A stretch of DNA of 8,071 nucleotides from Promethearchaeota archaeon. GTDB taxonomy: Archaea > Asgardarchaeota > Thorarchaeia > Thorarchaeales > Thorarchaeaceae. The notes beneath the pieces are model-generated. The model had not been told where the DNA came from. It ran no database searches and saw only the letters and a program-made list of their open reading frames with translations. Of this stretch, positions 1 through 6,700 are shown piece by piece. Each line of letters opens with the position of its first letter. Position 1 is the first letter of the stretch. A program made the translations under genes and the position numbers. The DNA lies in NCBI GenBank assembly GCA_027031765.1, contig JALVPN010000091.1:25572-33642 (forward strand), in the 5' to 3' direction.

Positions 1-1
1 T

Positions 2-676
2 GACAACCAGCTCCGCGAACAGGGTGCGCTGGACAAGTACGACGAGGTCCTCAAGGAGGTGCCGCGTGTGCGTGCCGAACTCGGGTACCCGCCCCTCGTC
101 ACGCCCTCAAGCCAGATTGTCGGGACACAGGCGGTCCTCAATGTCATTACTGGCGAGCGCTACAAGATAATCCCGCATGAGGTCAAGCAGTACATCCGGG
201 GCTTCTACGGCCGTCCCCCAGCAGAGATAGACCCGGAAGTCCGTCGGCTCGCAATCGGGGACGAGGCCCCACTCACGTGCAGACCAGCAGACCTCCTCGA
301 GCCGGGCCTGCCTGCTGCGCGGGAGGCACTCAAGGACATCCCCCATAAGCCGCGCGACCTTGTGTCGTACGCGCTGTTCCCACAGTACGCACTGGACTTC
401 CTGAAACGCAGGGCCCAGCGCAGACAGCGCGGTACGACTACCGGGCCTCAGGAGGCAGCAATTATCGCCTCGGTGCTCCACCAGACCATCCAGATGGGCA
501 CCAGCCCCACCAGGGCTATGTCACATGGCAGCCCGTGGGCATCCGCCGGCCGCGAGGAGGCGGTATCGATACCCGTAGTGTATACCGGCCCGGGCCGCTG
601 GGGCAACTCAGGCTCACCTTGGTCCGCTGTCGGCCGCAGGCTCCTCATGCGTGCGAGGACCTTGGAGGGAGCATAG
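2..676 (+). CDS. pycB: Pyruvate carboxylase subunit B / oxaloacetate decarboxylase alpha family carboxyltransferase, 5'-truncated (C-terminal PYC_OADA region); no biotinyl domain; epsilon/PccX-like C-terminal tail
   Basis: The frame is open from nt 2 (DNQLREQGALDKYDEVLKEVPRVRAELGYPPLVTPSSQIVGTQAVLNV...ERYK...YIRGFYGRPP...ALFPQYA), so the GTG at 59 is internal. These are hallmark PycB/OadA/transcarboxylase-5S motifs. Stop TAG at 674-676. PycB, OadA and 5S cannot be told apart from this fragment. Confidence 0.9.
   Translation, partial: DNQLREQGALDKYDEVLKEVPRVRAELGYPPLVTPSSQIVGTQAVLNVITGERYKIIPHEVKQYIRGFYGRPPAEIDPEVRRLAIGDEAPLTCRPADLLEPGLPAAREALKDIPHKPRDLVSYALFPQYALDFLKRRAQRRQRGTTTGPQEAAIIASVLHQTIQMGTSPTRAMSHGSPWASAGREEAVSIPVVYTGPGRWGNSGSPWSAVGRRLLMRARTLEGA
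664..668 (+). promoter_or_regulatory. Shine-Dalgarno site for the biotin carrier gene
   Basis: GGAGG lies 7 nt upstream of the GTG at 676, embedded in the last codons of the upstream gene. Confidence 0.7.
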
Positions 677-1203
677 TGTCTTTCGAGTATGACATTTCCA
701 TTGACGGTCAGGACTATCGTGTGAGGATTGAGCGTCTTGACAGGGGTGGCCTCTTGGTAGTGCGCGTCGGAGACGAGACCTTCACCCTGAAGACCTCTCC
801 CAATGAGGATGGTACGTGGAGCGTGAGCGACCAGGCATCCAGCCATGTGGTGCGGGTCGTGCGTCGCATGGGCCGGAACGCCACCATCGAGCTCGACGGG
901 GTGTCACGAGAGGTCGAGTGGAAACGAGTACACAGGACGGTCGCTGCACAGAAGGCCCCAGAGGTACCTTCAGGGGGCGGCGGCCGGCAGCCCGGCGGTG
1001 TGTACCCGCCCATGCCCGGAAAGATCACCGAGGTGCTGGTCAGTGTGGGCGACAGGGTCGAGGAGGGCCAGACCGTGTGCATCCTCGAGGCCATGAAGAT
1101 GTTCAATGAGCTGCAGGCACCTTGCAGTGGCACCGTGCGTGAGGTGAACGTGACGCCTGGTGCTACTGTCAAGCAAGATGACCTGTTGGTCCTCATAGAG
1201 TGA
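676..1203 (+). CDS. Stand-alone biotin carboxyl carrier protein (biotinyl domain with an N-terminal beta-rich, BT-like region), 175 aa
   Basis: The GTG at 676 overlaps the upstream stop (TAGTG) and follows GGAGG at 664-668. C-terminal biotinyl domain PMPGKITEVLVSVGDRVEEGQTVCILEAMKMFNELQAPCSGTV, with EAMKM at 1087-1101. Ala/Pro/Gly-rich linker. The track's start at 535 overlaps the upstream gene and is unlikely. Confidence 0.92.
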   Translation: MSFEYDISIDGQDYRVRIERLDRGGLLVVRVGDETFTLKTSPNEDGTWSVSDQASSHVVRVVRRMGRNATIELDGVSREVEWKRVHRTVAAQKAPEVPSGGGGRQPGGVYPPMPGKITEVLVSVGDRVEEGQTVCILEAMKMFNELQAPCSGTVREVNVTPGATVKQDDLLVLIE

Positions 1204-1218
1204 CTGGGGCTGTGTGCA

Positions 1219-2382
1219 GTGGAGCCTGTGTTCGTCATCGGTGTGAGTATGACCCGGTTCGGAGTGCTCGGGGAGTCGTTCGCTGAGCTGGCCCTGTCAG
1301 CGGCAGTCGAGGCGATGCGTGACTCCCATACCCTTGAGATGTCCGTTGACCGGGTGGTCGTGGGGAGTCAGAGCCCCGAGGAGTTTGTCAATACGGGCCA
1401 TGTGTCCACCATGCTGGCCGACCTGTTGGGCACTGTACCCGCCGGTGCCACGCGCGTTGAGACTGGCCCGTCTTCAGGTGCCAGTGCATTCGAACTCGGC
1501 TCGGCCCTAGTCGCGTCCGGTATGGCAGGACTGGTACTGGTCATCGGTGTCGAGAAGATGACGGCGGTGGAGCGTGGCACGGCATCACGGGTCCTTGCCA
1601 AGATGATGTCATACGAGTCCGAGACCCGCTACGGTGCAACGCCCACGGCCCTGGCCGCAATGATTGCTCGGCGGTACATGCACGACTACGGTCTGACACG
1701 CGATGAGCTCTCACTTGTCCCCGTCAAGGCCCATGCCAACGGTGCCAAGAACCCGCTGGCCCACTTCCAGAAGGGGGTGTCAGTGGAGAAGATCCGTAGG
1801 GCACGGGTCATAGCAGACCCACTCACTCTGTATGACTGCTGTCCCACAAGTGACGGCGCCGCAGCCCTCGTCCTCGCATCGTCGTCAGTTGTACGTGACC
1901 TCGGTCTGCGTGACCAGGCCGTGCGCGTGCTGGGCGTAGGTCATGCCACTGACTACCTCGCTGTCCAGCACCGTCTGTCCCTGACATCGATGGGCGCCAC
2001 CGTGCGCGCTGCTGAGAACGCCTTTCATATGGCCGGCCTCCGTCCATCAGATGTTGATGTCTGTGAGCTCCATGACGCCTTCTCAATCCTAGAACTGATA
2101 GCGATGGAGGACATTGGCATTGCGCAGCGTGGACACGCCATCGACCTCGTGAAGGAGGGCCTGACAGAGGTCTCGGGAGACATCCCAGTCAATACGACCG
2201 GTGGCCTGAAGGCAAGGGGTCACCCGACCGGAGCTACTGGTGTCGCGCAGCTCCGTGACCTCGTCCTGCAACTACGTGGTGATGCACCCAAGGGGCTACA
2301 GGTGGACTCCCCCAGTGTGGGACTGGCCCACAACATTGGTGGCTTTGGCAACAACATGGTCGTGACGCTTCTCGGTCTATGA
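1219..2382 (+). CDS. Thiolase-family protein, SCP2/archaeal type, non-canonical active site (387 aa)
   Basis: N-terminal VIGVSMTRFG, GVEKM, DCCPTSDGAAA, ELHDAF (HDAF 2071-2082), GGLKARGHPTGATG (GHP 2218-2226) and HNIGG (2329-2343). The nucleophile loop reads RVETGPSSG instead of the usual RVExACASG. Confidence 0.93.
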   Translation: MEPVFVIGVSMTRFGVLGESFAELALSAAVEAMRDSHTLEMSVDRVVVGSQSPEEFVNTGHVSTMLADLLGTVPAGATRVETGPSSGASAFELGSALVASGMAGLVLVIGVEKMTAVERGTASRVLAKMMSYESETRYGATPTALAAMIARRYMHDYGLTRDELSLVPVKAHANGAKNPLAHFQKGVSVEKIRRARVIADPLTLYDCCPTSDGAAALVLASSSVVRDLGLRDQAVRVLGVGHATDYLAVQHRLSLTSMGATVRAAENAFHMAGLRPSDVDVCELHDAFSILELIAMEDIGIAQRGHAIDLVKEGLTEVSGDIPVNTTGGLKARGHPTGATGVAQLRDLVLQLRGDAPKGLQVDSPSVGLAHNIGGFGNNMVVTLLGL

Positions 2383-2400
2383 AACACAGTCCGTCCGAGA

Positions 2401-2430
2401 TTATCTTATAATAAACATGTTGCTTAATGT
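2401..2430 (+). promoter_or_regulatory. Probable archaeal TATA-box promoter for the 2575 operon
   Basis: Strongest AT island in the window: TTATCTTATAATAAACATGTTGCTTAATGT, with TTATAATAAA at 2406-2415. It lies in the only long intergenic gap. The strand is inferred from the downstream genes. Confidence 0.55.
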
Positions 2431-2574
2431 TTCTGTCCATTGTCTTGGACTGTTGCCGCGGGTCGCTTCATCTGTACTGCGAGTGGTCTCGACCTCGCAG
2501 CCCCGCTCTGTGGCCATTCGGGCCTGACCGTTGTGAGTGGACCCGCACACCTAGCAGTTGGGAGATGACCCAGA

Positions 2575-3741
2575 ATGCCTGAAGGACTAGCAGTACTGAA
2601 GTGGGATGATGAACTTGGTCCAGTGGTCGCAGCAAAGACCCCGAAGTCCCTGACCAAGGGTCTGGACCCGACCACGTCCATGCGCGTCTATGGTATCGCT
2701 ACACTAGGGGAAACAGAAGAGTCACAGAAGCCTGGTTTCAGTGCACTGTCGTTTGACGACTTCAAACTTGCTGTGTACTATGGTGGTCTGAGCATGCACC
2801 TGAAGGGACTTCCGTCCATGGTGTTCTTGGTGCTGCGTCCCGACGAAGACCCTGACGTCTACAAGGACGCCCTACCTGAGCTGGCCACCCAGATCTTCCT
2901 GAACGCCGAGGGCAACAAGTACAAGAAGCTGATACCCAAGTTCTTCAAGCAGATTGCACGGTACACGCTGATGACGCCTGAACAACGACAGGCGTCCGTG
3001 CTGAGCGACCCCGTCCGCAGGGCAATCCTACAGACCCTTGTACGTGATGGCACCATCCAGTCCAATGACCTCGAACAGATAATCTTCGAAGAGGTCGGCA
3101 AGAAGATAGATGTGGAGATGGTGCTCCGCCCCCTGGTCAAGATGGGGATCATAGCCACCGGCTGGGTCGAGGGCCTAGCGTCTGAGGTGATATATCTCAC
3201 CCGTGCCATCTTCATACTGCGGAAGATATCGATGGAAACAGTCCGTGCGGTCAAGAGTGGTGGCCTGCCGCAGGACACGGTCGCCCAGTTCGTCGAGTCG
3301 ACACGTCGGTATCACCGGGACTACATTGCTCGCCTGAAACGAGACCTCACCGACACACTCTGGAAGGACGCAGAGGAGCTAGCGAAGGTGCTGCTCGACT
3401 TCGATGCATACGACCTGATTCAGATATTGCGCGAAGGGCCCCAGCAGACAGAACATCTCCCGAGCCTGCTCGATACGACCAAGGCCCGACTGCGGAAGCA
3501 GCTCTCGGCCCTTGAGAAGGCCAACATCGTAATGCGTGTGAATGATGAGGGGGGACGTGAGCATGTCCTCTTGAAGTCAGACCCAGAAGTTGTCACGGTC
3601 TACCCTGAGTGGCTGATAGAGCGGACAGTCGAGCTCTACAATGATGAGGCAATACCCAGTCGTCAGGCAGTCCACTACCTTGAGATACTGAAGAAGTCGC
3701 ACCCGACCTATGCGACAGTGACGGTCACGGGGGGTGAGTGA
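2575..3741 (+). CDS. Longin/uDENN-like domain plus two winged-helix domains (388 aa), function unknown
   Basis: The ORF is clear, with GGGAG at 2560-2564. N-terminal GLAVLKWDDELGPVVAAKTP resembles the uDENN/longin opening hairpin. Two ArsR-like wHTH segments: LSDPVRRAILQTL...VLRPLVKMGII (3001-3198) and LDFDAYDLIQIL...LRKQLSALEKANIV (3394-3573). Domain calls are by eye. Confidence 0.7.
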   Translation: MPEGLAVLKWDDELGPVVAAKTPKSLTKGLDPTTSMRVYGIATLGETEESQKPGFSALSFDDFKLAVYYGGLSMHLKGLPSMVFLVLRPDEDPDVYKDALPELATQIFLNAEGNKYKKLIPKFFKQIARYTLMTPEQRQASVLSDPVRRAILQTLVRDGTIQSNDLEQIIFEEVGKKIDVEMVLRPLVKMGIIATGWVEGLASEVIYLTRAIFILRKISMETVRAVKSGGLPQDTVAQFVESTRRYHRDYIARLKRDLTDTLWKDAEELAKVLLDFDAYDLIQILREGPQQTEHLPSLLDTTKARLRKQLSALEKANIVMRVNDEGGREHVLLKSDPEVVTVYPEWLIERTVELYNDEAIPSRQAVHYLEILKKSHPTYATVTVTGGE

Positions 3742-3742
3742 G

Positions 3743-6700
3743 ATGGTACGCGTAGAAAGAGTCGCAGTCCTTGTTGTCCTTGCAGTCCTCATGGCTCTCC
3801 CGTCCATTGGGGGCAACAACACCACGAGTCCCAGGGATGATGCCCTCGTACCGGATTTGCTGATAGGAGGGCCCCACCACGAGACCGCATCAGCACAGGA
3901 CACTGTACCGTGGTGGAACACGAGCTTTGCATATCGACGGTACTACAACATCACCGAACCAGGGATAAGCGCACGACACAATACCCCTGTCCACCTGTCC
4001 CTGACCTTCGCACCAGGGCACTGCTACCGTGGCTCAATCCGCGTGTTGTACTACGACGGCGTGTCGTGGGCAACAAGGCCGTTCCAGGTCTGGAACGTGA
4101 CCTATGATGCAACGGGCGACTATATCCTGTCTGCCCGTGTCAGTTTCCTGGTCAACGTCTCCAAGAGTGGGGTCCAACAGAACTACTACATCTACTACTC
4201 GAAGAACGACGTGGGCACTGTCAGTTATCCTGACTTCTACCCGTTCGTCTACAAGACCTACACCTACTCCTTGCTGGAGCTGGCATCCTACTATGACAAC
4301 AACAACTACGAGGTCCTGATGTGGGACAGCGCAGCCCAGCAGTGGGACGACCCACGCAATGTCGATTCCCAGTGGGCCTCAGCCACCGGTATCATCCAGT
4401 CGGGTGTTGTGACGAATGTCCCCACAGGTACGCTCAACAAGTACCAGAACGTGCGCATAGAGCCCAACGTGGCCTACACCAACACAGCATTCCTCGGGTC
4501 CTACATGGTGCGCTCGAACTACCCGCTTGCATTCACGGCTGGCAGTGGGCACAAGAACTCCAACCCGGCTGTGAACGACTGGTACCCGAATGTCGACGAG
4601 ATTGGTTGGGGTGTCGGGACACGGTTCATCATTGGTGGTGTTTCCGGTTTCGACAACTACTACGAGGGCAAGTACTGGGTACAGGCACAGACCAACAACA
4701 CCCGTGTCTGGGTATGGACGGTCTCGGAGACCCCGGATACAAACTGGTACTTCTACAATGGCTCCGCAGTGTCGTCGTGGCCAGCCATACTCCATGCGGG
4801 CGAGTATATCTCGAAGAAGCGTGTCAACTACCAGACCTTCTACATGGTGAACGCCACCGGCCTGATCTCAGTGCGGAGCGGTGATGTCGACGCTGCTTAC
4901 TCCCGTGACGTGATGGGCTTCTATCCTGCCGTGACCGGCCTCCTTGTCGGCAACGAGTTCTACACAATCGACATGGGCCACTCCTCCGACCGCACGCGTA
5001 TCACCAATATCGGTACTTCTGCGGTCTCGGTCACGGTCTACAGGAACAGCGGCTCCGGCTGGACACAGATTGCCACTCCACTGATTGCAGCAAACAGTCA
5101 CTATGACGTGCCCAACGGTGTTGCAAGCGACTCCAATCCTGAGGATGTGCTACACATTGTCGCTCCCGCCGGTGCGAAGCTGATGGTCGAGGGCACCTAC
5201 AACCCCGGGGGCCGCAGTGACCACGGTGACTGGTTCCCGACAACGGGTGGCTATCGGTTTGGTACTCACTTCACTATCTGGGGCTTCTCCCAGTCCAAGT
5301 TCTTCATATTCGCTTGGGAGAACGCACAGGTCACTATAACCGGCTCCAACGGTGGCACCCTCCAGATCCCAGCTGGTGGGGCTGACACGTTCCTGCCACT
5401 TTCGAGCAGCCCGTCCCTGTACACGGTCACGTCGAACGCGACCATCGGCATCGTGCGTGCCTCCCGGTTCTACACATCGGCACCCTACGGTCCACGCGGT
5501 GACCAGGGCTATGGCTGGATGGTACCCGTCTACTCTCCGGAAGGGGACGAGCACGGCGTGACAGTGACAGAGAGTCCAGAGCGCCACCTCTTCGAGTTCG
5601 ACATCGTTGTGACCGACCTCGATGGTGCAGCCATTTCAGGCGCAACCGTCACACTCTATGACCCTGCTACCCACCAGGTCTGGCTGGATGACAACGGCCT
5701 CAACCGGACAGGCGTATCTGATGCGAACGGCAGGGTCGTATTCGAGGGCCTCAACAACATGACCTACGAGATCAGGACGCGCATCGATGCCGCAACGTGG
5801 CTGTCCACATCATACTCCCATGTCTGGGTGACGGACACATCCAATCACGCCATGACGGCAACAGTAACGGATGTCCAGATCACGCTCAACATTGCAACGG
5901 TCTATGTCCACCTCAACGACCTCAATGGCGAGTCCATGGACGACACGGTGGACGAGGACATCCTGATGAAGATGTGCAATGATACCAGTGACGACTCCCA
6001 GTACATCCACATCGCACAGGCGAACGGTACGGGCTGGCTGGAGTTCCCGAGGGTGCCGGTGCCCCAGACGGAGTACTACTTCCGTGCCCGCTATGCTGGC
6101 GCACACTCGTGGAACTCGTACTCATACGACCAGCTCAAGCAGTTTGCGAACTGGAACGTCAGCGCCGCGGACTTTGCAAGTGGCTCGTTCACAGAGCACT
6201 GGGCCCTCCCACTGGTCACACTCCAGATCCATGTCCATAGCTGGGACAACCTCCCAGTCCCCAATGCCTACGTCGAGTTGAACAACACCATGGACGAGCA
6301 GGCGTACCGCATCAACCCGCAGACAACAGACTCCAACGGTAACGTCACACTCAGACGCGTTGTCAGTGGGACATGGAAACTCAATGTCTGGCGCGAAGAT
6401 GACTTCGGCCTTGAAGTGCGCAACAACACTGCTGCGATAGTCCTGCACAATGTCCAGTCGTACACTGCATTCACAGTGCAGCTCAGGCTGACCCGCTTGA
6501 ACGTGGTAGTCAAGTATGGTGCTGAGCAGAACAATGTCGAGGGCGCCACAGTGAAAGTGTACCTCAACAATGAAACGCTCGTAGCGACTGGACAGACTGA
6601 TTCCAGCGGTGAGGTGGTATTCAAGTGGATTCGTGGCAACATGTCCTCACCTCACTGGTGGTACACCATCGATGTTGCGAAGGGCACTTCCAATGTCACA

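Noticed and set aside
535-675. N-terminal extension of the biotin carrier ORF as given by the track (start 535)
   Set aside because: It overlaps the conserved-looking tail of the upstream CDS in another frame. The GTG at 676, with GGAGG and a stop/start overlap, is the better start.
674-2382. Stop-codon recoding (pyrrolysine at TAG 674; selenocysteine at TGA 1201 or 2380)
   Set aside because: Each stop falls at the natural end of its domain family or at a coupled start. Readthrough at 674 and 2380 meets another stop within about 15 codons, and no SECIS-like signal was recognised.
1219-2382. Thiolase as a pseudogene
   Set aside because: It is full-length with no frameshift or internal stop, and the structural motifs and GHP are intact. 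The changes are confined to catalytic positions.
2458-2550. tRNA-like element (7-bp GCGGGTC/GACCCGC stem followed by ACAC)
   Set aside because: No D-arm or anticodon-arm geometry. The TTCG hairpin is 15 nt from the 3' strand rather than adjacent, and there is no CCA. Kept only as a possible structured leader.
2565-2582. Mini-ORF MTQNA overlapping the 2575 start
   Set aside because: It has five codons and sits immediately after the SD-like site with no spacing. It cannot be distinguished from chance.
2424-2681. Minus-strand 85-aa ORF that could use the AT island as its end or a divergent signal
   Set aside because: It overlaps the 2575 CDS, has no recognisable motifs and has no evident promoter or SD.
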